A DNA stretch of 64,000 nt from Chloroflexota bacterium (GCA_042408445.1 JBHORC010000016.1:13012-77011), one strand, 5' to 3'; shown: positions 1 to 9,699, numbered from the stretch's first letter. The notes: generated from the letters alone by a model not told the origin. Made by a program: numbers and translations.

Positions 1-1625
1 ACGTCCGGGTCCTTGATGAACCCGTCGTTGCCGCCCTTTGGCTCGATCTGGCTCGAGTGATAGGTCGGATAGTTGGACAGCGGATCGAGCGGCACGGAGA
101 ACGCGTGCTCGGCCACGTCGTAGTTGTACTTGGAGAGGGCGCACGGCGTCTGGTCCGTGGCCTCGTTGTAGCTGGCGAAGATGTCGTTGGGCGAGACGGC
201 GTTGACCACCGACGCGATCCCGACGGCCTTCAGGTAGCTCGAGATCAGGGCCAGCGTGTCCTGACGGACCTGGCGCGTCGTCGTGCAGAGCTCGATGTTC
301 GCCTTCAGGCCGTTCTTCTCACGGACGCCGTCCGAACCGACGGTCCAGCCGGCTGCGTCGAGAACGGACTTGGCCTTCTCCGGATCGAAGGTGTACTTCG
401 GCGGCTCGCTGTAGAACCAGGCGTTCGGCGAGACGTTCGTGAAGCCGAGGGCGGCGGCGCCGCCGAGGAGTCGGCTGTTGATCTCTTCCTTGTTGACGGC
501 CCACCGGATCGCCTCTCGGATCGCGGGGTCGGAGGCCGGGCAACCCTTGCCACGTCCGGCGACGCCGCTGTTCGAGGAGCACTTGTCCGGGTTCCAGTTG
601 GGGCGGAGGAACTCGTAGGTGAGCGAGTCGAGCTGCTTCACCTGATCACCCTGGTCGGTGATCTTCGGCAGGTCGGCGTCGTTCAGGTCGTTGGCGATGT
701 CGAACTCGTTGCCCTTGTAGCCGGCGATCATCGCGTCGGCGTCGCTGTACCACTTCATGACGAGCTCGTCCAGGTTGGCCGGCTTGCCATCGATGGCGTT
801 CTTGTACTGGTCGTTGCGGACCAGGTCGATCTCCTGGCCAGGCGTGACCGACTGGTACTTGAACGGGCCGGAGACCGGCACCTTCGGCATGTCGGCGGCC
901 GTCAGGCCCTTGTGGGCGACGTGCTCCTTCATCGTGAACTTCGACATGTAGTGCTTCGGCAGCGGGACGGGCCACATCCCGAGATAGCCCTCGTAGACCT
1001 TGCCGAAGTGCACGACCATCGTCTGCGGGTCCGCGCAGTCGAACTTGGTCACGTCCTCGTAGCCGGACGTGCCGGCGTACAGGCCCGTGTTGTCCTTGTC
1101 CATGATCCAGTCCTGCGTGTACTTGTAGTCGTCACACGTCAGGGGCTCGCCGTCGGACCACTTCAGGTCCGGGCGGAGCTTCCAGGTCACGGTCATCGCG
1201 TCGCCGTTGTCGCCCGGGACCTTCACGCCGCCGTTGTCGAGCGTCGGGATCTCGGTCGCCTGGTCGGGCGCGTACTTGAAGTCGTCCGTCCCGAGGATGA
1301 GCCCACCCTGGGTCGCAGAGGACAGGTTGGCCTCGGTCGCCTGCGCCTGGTAGTAGTAGTTGAACTCCGTCGCTTCCTGCCAGTCGGCGAAGATGACCTT
1401 GCCGCCGCTGGGCGCCGCCGTCCGGCGCGTCGGATACGTCGTGTTGAACAGATCGACCTTGCCGGCCGCGGCGCTCGCGCTCGGCGCGCCACCGGAGTCG
1501 GCCGGCGCCTGGGACGGCGTCGTCCCGGTGCTCGCCTGACTGCTCGGCGACGAGCTCGATGCGCCCTGGCACGCCGCGAACACGAACATCGCGCTCGCGA
1601 GTGCGCCAGCTAGACGCTTTCGCAT
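1..1625 (-). CDS. ABC transporter substrate-binding lipoprotein, family 5 (peptide/nickel type). This is the 5' part of the gene; the C-terminus lies beyond the window start.
   Basis: It is not in the ORF track because it runs off the window. Manual minus-strand translation from ATG at 1623-1625 gives MRKRLAGALASAMFVFAACQGASSS..., a signal peptide with lipobox FAAC. An SBP_bac_5-like body follows (WKLRPDLKWSDGEPLTCDDYKYT, LVRNDQYK, FIKDPDV at the window edge). An SD GGGAGGAA lies 6 nt upstream. The listed + ORF 57..1613 is its antisense shadow. Confidence 0.8.
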   Translation of the reverse strand, partial: MRKRLAGALASAMFVFAACQGASSSSPSSQASTGTTPSQAPADSGGAPSASAAAGKVDLFNTTYPTRRTAAPSGGKVIFADWQEATEFNYYYQAQATEANLSSATQGGLILGTDDFKYAPDQATEIPTLDNGGVKVPGDNGDAMTVTWKLRPDLKWSDGEPLTCDDYKYTQDWIMDKDNTGLYAGTSGYEDVTKFDCADPQTMVVHFGKVYEGYLGMWPVPLPKHYMSKFTMKEHVAHKGLTAADMPKVPVSGPFKYQSVTPGQEIDLVRNDQYKNAIDGKPANLDELVMKWYSDADAMIAGYKGNEFDIANDLNDADLPKITDQGDQVKQLDSLTYEFLRPNWNPDKCSSNSGVAGRGKGCPASDPAIREAIRWAVNKEEINSRLLGGAAALGFTNVSPNAWFYSEPPKYTFDPEKAKSVLDAAGWTVGSDGVREKNGLKANIELCTTTRQVRQDTLALISSYLKAVGIASVVNAVSPNDIFASYNEATDQTPCALSKYNYDVAEHAFSVPLDPLSNYPTYHSSQIEPKGGNDGFIKDPD

Positions 1626-1789
1626 GAAGGTTCCTCCCACTCGAGTGTGTCTCCCCACACTGGCTGAACTGCAGGCCCGACGGGATTTCCTCGACAGCCC
1701 GGCTGCCATGCCGATGCGAGGCGCGGCCTCGGATCGAGCGGGTCAGGAACGGGATGCGCGGTCACCACAGAGCGTCTGGCTCCTGCGCT

Positions 1790-1826
1790 GCGCGTACTAT
1801 CACCACCCCCTTGGGGCGTGTCAAAT
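1790..1826 (-). promoter_or_regulatory. Possible sigma70-type promoter for the SBP gene (TTGACA-N17-GATAGT on the minus strand)
   Basis: A perfect -35 hexamer (+ strand tgtcaa ~1819-1824) with a plausible -10 lies in the 195-nt gap between the anti-sigma stop and the SBP start. Coordinates are approximate. Confidence 0.25.
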
Positions 1827-2408
1827 CGGCTCAGCTGGCCGTCCGGTCGGCTTGGCCGAGTGCACCTCCTTCCGAACTTGCCAGATCTCCGGCGGGATGT
1901 TCGCAGTGACGCCGCCCGAGGTCGCATCGGCCTCGTCGGCGGCGGCCGCGGAAGGAGTCGAGGTGACGCGCCGGCTCGAGGCCAGATAGGCGGTCTCGAT
2001 GATCCGCTCCGCGTTCACGGTCCGGGCGTCCGGTGACGCCGCCGGCGCGGCGGACTCGTCGAACCGGTCGGCGCCGAGACGGAACGGCAGGACGAGCACG
2101 CCGACGATCGCGAAGCTCATCGCGACCCCGGCGAGCGGCGACATCACAGCCGGCCGCCGGCGCAACGCGGTGATCCGAGCGCGGAGTCGCGGCCACGAAT
2201 CCGCGCGCGGCTCGGCCATCTCCACGTCATCGGCGAGGCGCCGGAGCGCCGTGATCGCCAGCAGCGTGGACTCGACCGCCTCGGTGCAGCGCGGGCACTG
2301 ATCGAGGTGACGAAGCGCAGCGGCGGTCTCCGGGCGGACCTCGGCGCGATCGACGAAGTCGACCAGCACGGGCCGGTGGCGGGCGCAGGCGCGACCGAAA
2401 TCGATCAC
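1821..2408 (-). CDS. Anti-sigma factor with zf-HC2 type zinc-binding motif and a transmembrane segment
   Basis: It has the HLDQCPRCTE (HxxxCxxC) motif and a hydrophobic segment AGVAMSFAIVGVLVLPF. Its GTG start overlaps the stop of the upstream ECF sigma gene (GTGA). Confidence 0.65.
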   Translation of the reverse strand: MIDFGRACARHRPVLVDFVDRAEVRPETAAALRHLDQCPRCTEAVESTLLAITALRRLADDVEMAEPRADSWPRLRARITALRRRPAVMSPLAGVAMSFAIVGVLVLPFRLGADRFDESAAPAASPDARTVNAERIIETAYLASSRRVTSTPSAAAADEADATSGGVTANIPPEIWQVRKEVHSAKPTGRPAEPI

Positions 2409-3094
2409 GAGGCCTTCGCCTTTGCCTCGTCCTTCGGCGTCAGATACGCACCGCCGAAGCGGCGGTCGCGCTCCAGGTGCCCCCGGAGGCTGCGCAACGC
2501 GTAATGGAGCCGCGACTTCACGGTCCCGAGCTGGATGTCGAGCACCTCGGCCGTCTCCTGGAGCGACAGGCGCTGCAGGTAATAGAGGACGACGACGCTC
2601 CGGTGCTTCTCCGGCAGGGCGGCGATCCCGTCACGCACGATGGTGCGCAGCTCCGCCTGCTCGGCGTGATCGGACGGCAGCGGCGCGTCGTCCGCCCGCG
2701 TGGCCTCGGTCGCCTCGTCGATCGGATCGGTCGAGACGCGCCGCCGGGCCAGCCGCGAGTAGCAGAGATTCAGGGACACGCGGTGCAGCCATGGCAGGGG
2801 CGATACGTCGGCGTGGAGCGTATGGCGGCGTTGGTACGCGCGAGCGAAGGTGTCCTGGAGAATCTCCTCGGCGGCCTGCCGGTCGCCGGTCAGCCCATAG
2901 GCTGTCCGGTAGATCGCGGCGCGATACCGGGCGAAGAACTCCTCGAAGGCATCCAGATCATCGTCCTGGACACGGCGCAGCAGCTCCGCATCCAGGGCCT
3001 GACTCGGTCGCGACGTGGCGCCTCCCGCAGCGTCGGTCGTCGTTGGATCCAGTCTCCGTGCAGGCGATGTGGCCCGCGGGCCATCTGTTGACAT
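2405..3094 (-). CDS. ECF (sigma-70 family) RNA polymerase sigma factor
   Basis: Region 2 (LLRRVQDDDLDAFEEFFARYRAAIYRTAYGLTGD...AEEILQDTFARAY) and region 4 (LPEKHRSVVVLYYLQRLSLQETAEVLDIQLGTVKSRLHYAL) are present. The start was chosen at ATG 3094 (MSTDGP); the ORF-track N-terminal extension to 3235 is Arg/Ser-rich and probably not translated. Confidence 0.75.
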   Translation of the reverse strand: MSTDGPRATSPARRLDPTTTDAAGGATSRPSQALDAELLRRVQDDDLDAFEEFFARYRAAIYRTAYGLTGDRQAAEEILQDTFARAYQRRHTLHADVSPLPWLHRVSLNLCYSRLARRRVSTDPIDEATEATRADDAPLPSDHAEQAELRTIVRDGIAALPEKHRSVVVLYYLQRLSLQETAEVLDIQLGTVKSRLHYALRSLRGHLERDRRFGGAYLTPKDEAKAKAS

Positions 3095-3192
3095 CACAAT
3101 ACGGCCAGATCGAACGGATGGTTCACTTCCCAGCGCGACCTGGCGACGCTCGGGCACCGCGGGGGCCGGGGCGGACGACCCGGACCGTCGTC

Positions 3193-4692
3193 TCAGTCCG
3201 GACAGGGCATCTCCGCGCCGGCCATCGGTCGCCACCGCAGGTTCGGCTGCCGGGCTGCCGTCGCCTCGTCCAGCCGACCGACCGGCGCGGTATGTGGCGC
3301 GCTCTTCACAAGCTCGGGATCGTCGTGGGATTCCCGGGCGATCGCGATCAGTGCGTCGGCGAACGCGTCGAGGGTCTCGAGCGACTCCGTCTCGGTCGGC
3401 TCGATGAGCATCGCCTCCTCGACGGTCAGCGGAAAGTAGATCGTCGGCGGGTGGAAGCCCTTGTCGATCAGCCGCTTCGCGACGTCGAGCGTGCGGACGC
3501 CCGTCTCGCGCTTGAGCGTCGCCGCCGAGGCGACGAACTCGTGCTTGCAGTGGCGGTCGAACGGGATGTCGTACGCCTCGCCGACCCGCTTGCGGAGGTA
3601 GTTCGCGGCGAGGACCGCGTCGTCGCTGACCTCCCGCAGCCCGGCCGCGCCGTGGGCCCGAAGGTATGCGTATGCCCGGACGAGCACGCCGGTGTTGCCG
3701 ACGAAGCTCCGGAGCCGCCCGATCGACGTCGGCCGCTCGTCCGGCCGTTCCAGCCGGAACGATCCGTCGTCGGCGCGGAGCACGCGCGGCGTCGGCAGGA
3801 ACGGCACGAGCCGGTCCCCCACCCCGACCGGTCCGGCACCCGGACCGCCACCGCCGTGCGGCGTCGAGAACGTCTTGTGGACGTTGAAGTGCATGACGTC
3901 GAAGCCGGCCTCGCCCGGCTTGAACCGGCCGAGGATGGCGTTCAGGTTCGCGCCGTCCATGTAGGCCAGGGCGCCGGCCTCGTGGACGAGATCGAGCAGC
4001 TCGCCGATCCGCTTCTCGAACAGTCCGAGCGTGGACGGGTTCGTGATCATCACGGCCGCGGTCCGCGGCCCGAGCGCGGCCTGGAACTTCTCGAGGTCCA
4101 CGCCGCCGTCCGGCGCGGACGGGATCGTGATCGTCCGGAAGCCGGCCATCGACGCCGTCGCGGGGTTCGTCCCGTGGGAGCTGTCCGGGACGAGCACCTC
4201 GTCGCGGTCCGTGTCGCCGCGGCTCCGGTGGTACGCGCGGATCATCAGGATGCCGGTCAGCTCACCCTGGGCACCGGCAGCCGGCTGGAGCGTGACCGCC
4301 GTCATGCCGCTGATCGCGGCGAGGATCTCCTCGAGCTCGAAGAGGAGCTGAAGCGTCCCCTGGGCGACCTCGTCCGGGGCGAGCGGGTGGAGCGACGCGA
4401 AGCCGGGCAGCCGGGCGGCCCACTCGTTCAGCTTCGGGTTGAACTTCATCGTGCACGAGCCGAGCGGGTAGAAGCCGGTGTCGACCGCGTAGTTGAGCTG
4501 CGACAGGTTGACGTAGTGGCGGACCACCTCCGGCTCGTTCAGCTCCGGCAGCGCCGGCGGCGTGGCGCGCCGCGCCGCGGCCGGGATCCGGTCCAGCGCG
4601 TCCTTGGGTGGATGCGGGATCTTGCCGTCGCCCCGACCCGGCCGCGATCGCTCGAACAGCGTCGGCTGGAGGCGCTCCCCGACGACGCTCAT
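3193..4692 (-). CDS. gcvPB: Glycine dehydrogenase (decarboxylating) subunit 2, P-protein C-terminal subunit
   Basis: Full-length similarity to GcvPB (NLSQLNYAVDTGFYPLGSCTMKFNP, HFNVHKTFSTPHGGGGPG). The start is set at ATG 4692 (MSVVGERL), which forms an ATGA overlap with the gcvPA stop. The ORF-track N-terminal Arg-rich extension is ignored. Confidence 0.9.
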   Translation of the reverse strand: MSVVGERLQPTLFERSRPGRGDGKIPHPPKDALDRIPAAARRATPPALPELNEPEVVRHYVNLSQLNYAVDTGFYPLGSCTMKFNPKLNEWAARLPGFASLHPLAPDEVAQGTLQLLFELEEILAAISGMTAVTLQPAAGAQGELTGILMIRAYHRSRGDTDRDEVLVPDSSHGTNPATASMAGFRTITIPSAPDGGVDLEKFQAALGPRTAAVMITNPSTLGLFEKRIGELLDLVHEAGALAYMDGANLNAILGRFKPGEAGFDVMHFNVHKTFSTPHGGGGPGAGPVGVGDRLVPFLPTPRVLRADDGSFRLERPDERPTSIGRLRSFVGNTGVLVRAYAYLRAHGAAGLREVSDDAVLAANYLRKRVGEAYDIPFDRHCKHEFVASAATLKRETGVRTLDVAKRLIDKGFHPPTIYFPLTVEEAMLIEPTETESLETLDAFADALIAIARESHDDPELVKSAPHTAPVGRLDEATAARQPNLRWRPMAGAEMPCPD

Positions 4693-6122
4693 CGCGCGAC
4701 CTCCACGTGTTCGCGGGCGCCTGCGGGGCCGGGGCCCGTCCCGTTCGCGTCGCCGGCGGCATGGTCGGTGCCGAGCTCCGCCTGGAGGGCCGTCGCGAAC
4801 TCGGCGATCTCGTCGTCGGTGGTGACCTCGGTGGCGCACACCAGGAGCGCGTCCGCGAGCGACGGCTCGTCGGGGATCACGTCGGCGAGGACGAGCCCGG
4901 CCAGGACGCCGCGGTCGAGCAGCCGGCGGTGGACGCGTCGGGCGTCCGGCACCTGGATCGCGAACTCGTTGAGGTATGCGCCGGGATGGACGCGCCGGAC
5001 GCCGACGCCCGCGAGCGCCGCCTCGAGCCGCTCGGCGCGCGCCGCCCCCTGGGCGGCGACGTCGCGCAGCCCGTGCGGACCGATCGCGGCGAGGTACACG
5101 CTTGCGGCGAGCGCCAAAAGCGCCTGGTTCGTGCAGATGTTGCTCGCCGCCTTGTCGCGCCGGATGTCCTGCTCGCGCGCGCGGAGCGTCATCACGTAGG
5201 CGCGCTGGCCGCGGACGTCGGTCGTCATCCCGACGAGCCGGCCGGGGATCTGGCGGACGAGGGCGTCCGTGGAGGCGAGGATCCCGAGATACGGCCCGCC
5301 GTACTGCGGCGGGATCCCGAGCGGCTGCCCCTCGCCGGCGGCGATGTCCGCGCCGTACGCGCCGGGCGGTGCCAGCACCGCGAGCGAGACCGGTTCGATG
5401 ACGCTCACGAACAACGCTCCGGCGCCGTGGGCGAGCCGACCGATCTCCTCGACGGGCTCGAGGAGCCCCAGGAAGTTCGGCTGACCGGCAACGACGCCCG
5501 CGACCGGCGGGCCGTCGCCGAGCAGCCGCTCGAGCGCCGCGAGGTCCGTCGTCCCGGCCGCGTCACCGTCGGCGACGAGCGGGATGTCCTCCAGCTGGAG
5601 GCCGCCGCCGAAGTACGCGGCGAGCGTCTGACGGTAGTGCGGGTGGACGGCCTTCGAGACGAGGACGCGTTCGCGTCGCGTCGCCCGGCACGTCATCAGG
5701 GCCGCCTCGGCGGTCGCCGCGGCGCCGTCGTAGTGGGAGGCGCTCACGACATCGAGATCGACGAGCTCCGCGAGCAGCGACTCGTACTCGTAGATGCTCT
5801 GGAGCGTCCCCTGGCTCACCTCGGGCTGGTAGGGCGTGTAGGCGGTGTACCACTCGCCGCGGAGGAGGATCTGATCGACGACCGGCGGCGACCAGTGGCG
5901 ATAGACACCCGCGCCCAGGAACGAGGCGAGGTCCGTCCGGTTCCGGTTCGCCAGCCGCTGCAGGCGAGCGGCGAGCTCCAGCTCCGGCTCGGGCGCGGGC
6001 AGGTCCAGGCTGGTCGCGCGAAGCGCCTCCGGAATGTCCGAGAAGAGGTCGTCGACGCTGGCGATGCCGAGCGCCGCGAGCATCCGCTCGCGGTCGCCGG
6101 CGGTGTGCGGACCGTAGGGCAC
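4689..6122 (-). CDS. gcvPA: Glycine dehydrogenase (decarboxylating) subunit 1, P-protein N-terminal subunit
   Basis: Typical GcvPA sequence (YTPYQPEVSQGTLQSIYEYESL, ASNICTNQALLAL). Confidence 0.9.
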   Translation of the reverse strand: MPYGPHTAGDRERMLAALGIASVDDLFSDIPEALRATSLDLPAPEPELELAARLQRLANRNRTDLASFLGAGVYRHWSPPVVDQILLRGEWYTAYTPYQPEVSQGTLQSIYEYESLLAELVDLDVVSASHYDGAAATAEAALMTCRATRRERVLVSKAVHPHYRQTLAAYFGGGLQLEDIPLVADGDAAGTTDLAALERLLGDGPPVAGVVAGQPNFLGLLEPVEEIGRLAHGAGALFVSVIEPVSLAVLAPPGAYGADIAAGEGQPLGIPPQYGGPYLGILASTDALVRQIPGRLVGMTTDVRGQRAYVMTLRAREQDIRRDKAASNICTNQALLALAASVYLAAIGPHGLRDVAAQGAARAERLEAALAGVGVRRVHPGAYLNEFAIQVPDARRVHRRLLDRGVLAGLVLADVIPDEPSLADALLVCATEVTTDDEIAEFATALQAELGTDHAAGDANGTGPGPAGAREHVEVAR

Positions 6123-6124
6123 TG

Positions 6125-6505
6125 CTAGCCCGCGGCGATCAACGCGTCGTAGGCCGCCGCGTCGAGGAGGTCGTCAACCTCCGGCGCCTCCGAGAGCCGC
6201 ACGCGGATCATCCAGCCCTCCCCGTACGGGTCGCCGTTCACGACCTCCGGGGAACCCGCGAGCGCGTCGTTCGTCGCGACCACCTCGCCGGTGAGCGGCG
6301 CGAAGAGGTCGCTGACCGCCTTCACCGACTCGACCACGCCGAACGCCGCGAACTGGCGGAGCTCGCGGCCGGTCTCCGGCAGCTCGACGAAAACGATGTC
6401 GCCGAGCTGATCGGCGGCGTAGGCGGTGATCCCGACGGTCGCCTCGTCACCCTCGACGCGGACCCATTCGTGGTCCTTCGTGTACCGCAGATCGGCAGGG
6501 ACCAT
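6125..6505 (-). CDS. gcvH: Glycine cleavage system H protein (lipoyl carrier)
   Basis: 126 aa with the lipoyl-lysine motif region ESVKAVSDLFAPLTGEV. Confidence 0.9.
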   Translation of the reverse strand: MVPADLRYTKDHEWVRVEGDEATVGITAYAADQLGDIVFVELPETGRELRQFAAFGVVESVKAVSDLFAPLTGEVVATNDALAGSPEVVNGDPYGEGWMIRVRLSEAPEVDDLLDAAAYDALIAAG

Positions 6506-6581
6506 CGCGCGTGTGCTCCTCCTCGGCCGGGCAGGATCGACCGTCGACGGCGGCGATCGGGCGAGAGCGGCTTCCGTCCCG

Positions 6582-7697
6582 TCAGCGAGCCCGCCGATAG
6601 AACGGCAGGGCGACGACCTCGGCGGGGACCCGTTGGCCGCGGATCTCGACGTCGATCATCGTACCCGGCTCCGCGTCACCCGTTGCGACGTAGCCCATCG
6701 AGATCGCCTCTCCGAGGGTCGGCGACTGCGTCCCGGAGGTGACGACGCCGGTGACCCGATCGTCGGCGTGGATCGGATAGCCGTGCCGGGCGATCCCGCG
6801 GCCACGGACGATCAGGCCGACCAGGCGGCGAGCGACGCCGTCGCGGGCAACCTTCTCGAGCGCCGCGCGGCCGACGAAGTCGTCCGGCTTGTCGAGCTTC
6901 ACGACGCGGCCGAGATTCGCCTCGAACGGGTTCGTGCTCCGGTCCAGCTCGTTTCCGTAGAGCGGCATCCCGGCCTCGAGCCGCAGCGTGTCGCGGGCAC
7001 CGAGGCCGATCGGAGCAAGACCCTCCCCTGCCCCGGCCGTCATGGCGGCATCCCACACCTCGGCGGCGCGAGCCGTCTCCACGAACACCTCGAAGCCGTC
7101 CTCGCCGGTGTAGCCCGTCCGCGCCACGAGGGCAGGCACCCCCGCCACCGAACCCTCGGCAATCGCGTAGTACTTCAGCCCCGCCAGGTCGATGCCGGTG
7201 AGCGGCTGGAGGATGCCGATGGACCGCGGCCCCTGGATCGCGACGAGCGCCGTCGCGAGCGACCGGTCGTCGAGCACCGCCTTGAAGCCCGCGAGCCGCT
7301 CGGCCAGTGCGTCGCTCACCACCTGGGCATTGCTCGCATTCGCCACGACGAGGAACCGATCCTCGGCGAGGCGGTACACGATCAGGTCGTCGAGGATCCC
7401 GCCGTTCGGCGCGACGATCATCGAGTAGTGGGCGCGACCCTCCGCGAGCGCCGGCGGGTTGGTGACGAGGGCGTGGGCCAGCGCGCGACCCGCCTCCGGC
7501 CCCTCGACGAACAGCTCGCCCATGTGCGACAGGTCGAACAGGCCGGCGCGCTCGCGGACCGCCCGGTGCTCCTCGAGGATCCCGGCGTACTGGACCGGCA
7601 TGAGCCAGCCGGCGAAGTCGATCATCCGCGCCCCGAGCGCGACGTGGCGCTGATGCAGGGGCGTCTCGTGAAGGCCGGGTTCCGCGATGTCGGTCAT
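6582..7697 (-). CDS. gcvT: Glycine cleavage system aminomethyltransferase T protein
   Basis: GcvT homology across the protein (LFDLSHMGELFVEGPEA, ARTGYTGEDGFE). The start was chosen at ATG 7697 (MTDIAEPG); the track extension to 7793 is Arg-rich. Confidence 0.85.
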   Translation of the reverse strand: MTDIAEPGLHETPLHQRHVALGARMIDFAGWLMPVQYAGILEEHRAVRERAGLFDLSHMGELFVEGPEAGRALAHALVTNPPALAEGRAHYSMIVAPNGGILDDLIVYRLAEDRFLVVANASNAQVVSDALAERLAGFKAVLDDRSLATALVAIQGPRSIGILQPLTGIDLAGLKYYAIAEGSVAGVPALVARTGYTGEDGFEVFVETARAAEVWDAAMTAGAGEGLAPIGLGARDTLRLEAGMPLYGNELDRSTNPFEANLGRVVKLDKPDDFVGRAALEKVARDGVARRLVGLIVRGRGIARHGYPIHADDRVTGVVTSGTQSPTLGEAISMGYVATGDAEPGTMIDVEIRGQRVPAEVVALPFYRRAR

Positions 7698-7713
7698 CGT
7701 CTCGATGGCCGGA

Positions 7714-8232
7714 TCACGCGCCGGGGAGCGGCGCTTCGACGCTGGGCGGCACCGCGGTGGCCGGGACCGTGCTTCCGCCGAAGCGCGCCGCACCGGCCGG
7801 ATCGACGACCTCGGCGGCCTTGGCGACGAGCGCCCGCTCGGTCTCGAAGGTCAGCAGCGCCGATGCCTCGTGGAACGTCGCCCACCGCACCTGGTCGAAC
7901 TCGTGGTCGTGCCGCGACAGATCGCCGCCGACCGGCTCCATCAGGAAGTAGTGGACGGTCTTGTGGATCCGGGTCCCGCGCTGGACGAACCAGTACTCGA
8001 TCGAATCGAGGACGTCCGTGATCCGGACCTCCAGCCCGGTCTCCTCGCCGACCTCGCGGAGCGCCGTCTGCTCGCGCGTCTCGCCCGGATTCGGGGTCCC
8101 CTTCGGGAGCGTCCACGTGAGGATGTCGCGGTCACGACGACGCGCGCCGACAACCAGCGAGGGGGTTCCGTCCTCGAAGCGGACGACGATGCCGCCGGCC
8201 GAAGTGGCGGTCGCGGTCCTCAGCCGCGCCAC
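7714..8232 (-). CDS. NUDIX family hydrolase
   Basis: Nudix box GETREQTALREVGEETG; 172 aa; GTG start. Confidence 0.8.
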   Translation of the reverse strand: MARLRTATATSAGGIVVRFEDGTPSLVVGARRRDRDILTWTLPKGTPNPGETREQTALREVGEETGLEVRITDVLDSIEYWFVQRGTRIHKTVHYFLMEPVGGDLSRHDHEFDQVRWATFHEASALLTFETERALVAKAAEVVDPAGAARFGGSTVPATAVPPSVEAPLPGA

Positions 8233-8562
8233 GGCGCCGTTGCGGCGCGCGAGCGACGCGTCGAGCCGGCGAACGTGGAGCCCGACCAGCGGATCGAGAC
8301 CCGGGGCCGTGGCCGGCCGTCGCCCGCCCTGGTCGGTGGAGCCGGACGGACCGCTCGCCAGTCGCCACGGAGCCGGGCGAGGATGCCGTCCCCGGCACGG
8401 TCGACGACCGTGAGACGGGTCGAGGCGGGGCGGAACGAGCTCGCGCCACGAAGACCGAGTCGCCGTTCGCGGGCACGGTCTGACGGGGTGACGAACCGCG
8501 CGGTCTGGCGGGCCGCGTACCGCGCGGCGATGCTGCGCTCCATGTGGCCGAATGGTAGCGCG

Positions 8563-9699
8563 TCAGTCGGTCGTTGCAAGACGTGAAGACAGCGCGGAAC
8601 CGAGCTCCGACGCGGCATTCGGTGTCAGGGCGCCACGGCGTTCCGCGATCGAGATCTCCCGCCGGGCGAGAACGCGGTACAGCACGGCAACCTCCGGCGC
8701 GCGTGCGTCGAGCGCGGCGACGTGGGCAGCGACCGTGCCGCGGTCGCCGCGGATCGCCGGGCCGGTCAGGGCGCGATCGATCCCGAGGGTGCGCGCGTTC
8801 GCGAGCGTCTGCTCGATGAGGTTGCCGTAGATGGCGAGGCTGCCGCTCTCGTCGAGCCCGACGAGGCGCCCGAGCTCCGCGATCGCGTCGAGCAGCGCAT
8901 CGAAGCCGCCGGCCGCGAGGACCGCCGCCGCGTGGTAGGCCGCCTTCGATCCGGGCGCGAGGCGGACCGGCGTCGCGCCGAGCGCCTCGGCCATCCGGGC
9001 GAGCAGATCGAGCAGCTGCTCGTCGCCCTCGATCGCGACGGTCGCGCCGTGGAGCGCGGCGACCGCGCGTTCGACGTCCGCAAAGGCCACGAGCGGGTGG
9101 AACGAGCCGACCTGGGTGCCGGCGGCCATCGCGGCCGCGAGGGCATCCGCGCCGAGGAGGCCGCTCGTGTGGACCATCGCCTGTCCGCCGTACATGTGGA
9201 CGCTGCCGGCGACGCGCGGGATCACGTCGTCCGGCACGGCGAGGATGATCAGCTCGACCTCCTCGACGAGCGGCGGCGCGTCCGTGAAGGGACGGACGCC
9301 CGGGACGAGGCTCCGGAACCGGCCGCGGCGCGCGGCGTCGCGACTTGCGACGGCGTGGACCCGCCAGCCCGCCCGGTCGAGCGCGACGCCGAGTGCCGTC
9401 CCCACGGCACCGGCTCCCACGATCCCGATCACCGGCGGCTCGCCGGTCGCGCTCTGGACGTGCGGGTGGGTGTGGGGACGCACGTCGTGCTCCGGGTCGT
9501 GGTCGTGGTCGTGGTGGGCCGCGGGCGTTCCGGGGCCATGGGCCGCGTCGCCACCTGGCGAACCGGCCCCGTCGTCCCCAGCGTCCTCGCGCTCACGGGA
9601 TCGCGTCGGGTCGAGGTCGATCCCGGCTTCCTCGATCGCCGCCAGCGTCTCCGCGCGGTCGTCCCGTCGCGGCTCGTCGCGACGATCCCAGGCTTTCAC
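8563..9699 (-). CDS. Rossmann-fold NAD(P)-binding protein (DUF2520 / F420-dependent NADP oxidoreductase-like) with a His/Asp-rich N-terminal extension
   Basis: GxGxxG motif IGIVGAGAVGTALG followed by a DUF2520-like C-terminus. Upstream is AAHHDHDHDPEHDVRPHTHPHV. The start is uncertain; the best candidate is GTG at 9697-9699 (VKAWDRR...), since no in-frame ATG exists between the stop-free extension and the Rossmann motif. The first ~300 aa of the track ORF (to 10257) are antisense to aconitase and are rejected. Confidence 0.55.
   Translation of the reverse strand: MKAWDRRDEPRRDDRAETLAAIEEAGIDLDPTRSREREDAGDDGAGSPGGDAAHGPGTPAAHHDHDHDPEHDVRPHTHPHVQSATGEPPVIGIVGAGAVGTALGVALDRAGWRVHAVASRDAARRGRFRSLVPGVRPFTDAPPLVEEVELIILAVPDDVIPRVAGSVHMYGGQAMVHTSGLLGADALAAAMAAGTQVGSFHPLVAFADVERAVAALHGATVAIEGDEQLLDLLARMAEALGATPVRLAPGSKAAYHAAAVLAAGGFDALLDAIAELGRLVGLDESGSLAIYGNLIEQTLANARTLGIDRALTGPAIRGDRGTVAAHVAALDARAPEVAVLYRVLARREISIAERRGALTPNAASELGSALSSRLATTD
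9496..9516. repeat. Perfect tandem hexanucleotide repeat (GTCGTG)x3 encoding HDHDHD on the minus strand
   Basis: + strand reads gtcgtggtcgtggtcgtggtg; it lies inside the His-rich N-terminal extension of the DUF2520 gene. Confidence 0.6.

Noticed and set aside
57-1613. 518-aa + strand ORF
   Set aside because: Arg/Val/Gly-rich antisense shadow of the SBP lipoprotein gene, which gives a clean family-5 SBP translation on the minus strand.
2422-5199. 925-aa + strand ORF spanning the sigma gene and gcvPB
   Set aside because: Low-complexity Arg/Ala/Pro/Ser composition, typical of a stop-free antisense frame in high-GC DNA; both underlying minus-strand genes have clear homology.
7698-7800. Possible glycine riboswitch upstream of gcvT
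   Set aside because: Only 16 nt separate gcvT from the NUDIX gene, and the upstream sequence lacks the conserved glycine-riboswitch cores; gcvT is probably co-transcribed from further upstream.
8233-8562. 330-nt gap and 132-aa Arg-rich ORF 8220..8618
   Set aside because: The ORF overlaps both flanking genes, is >25% Arg with no motifs, and no RNA structure was recognised; it is left as an intergenic/leader region.
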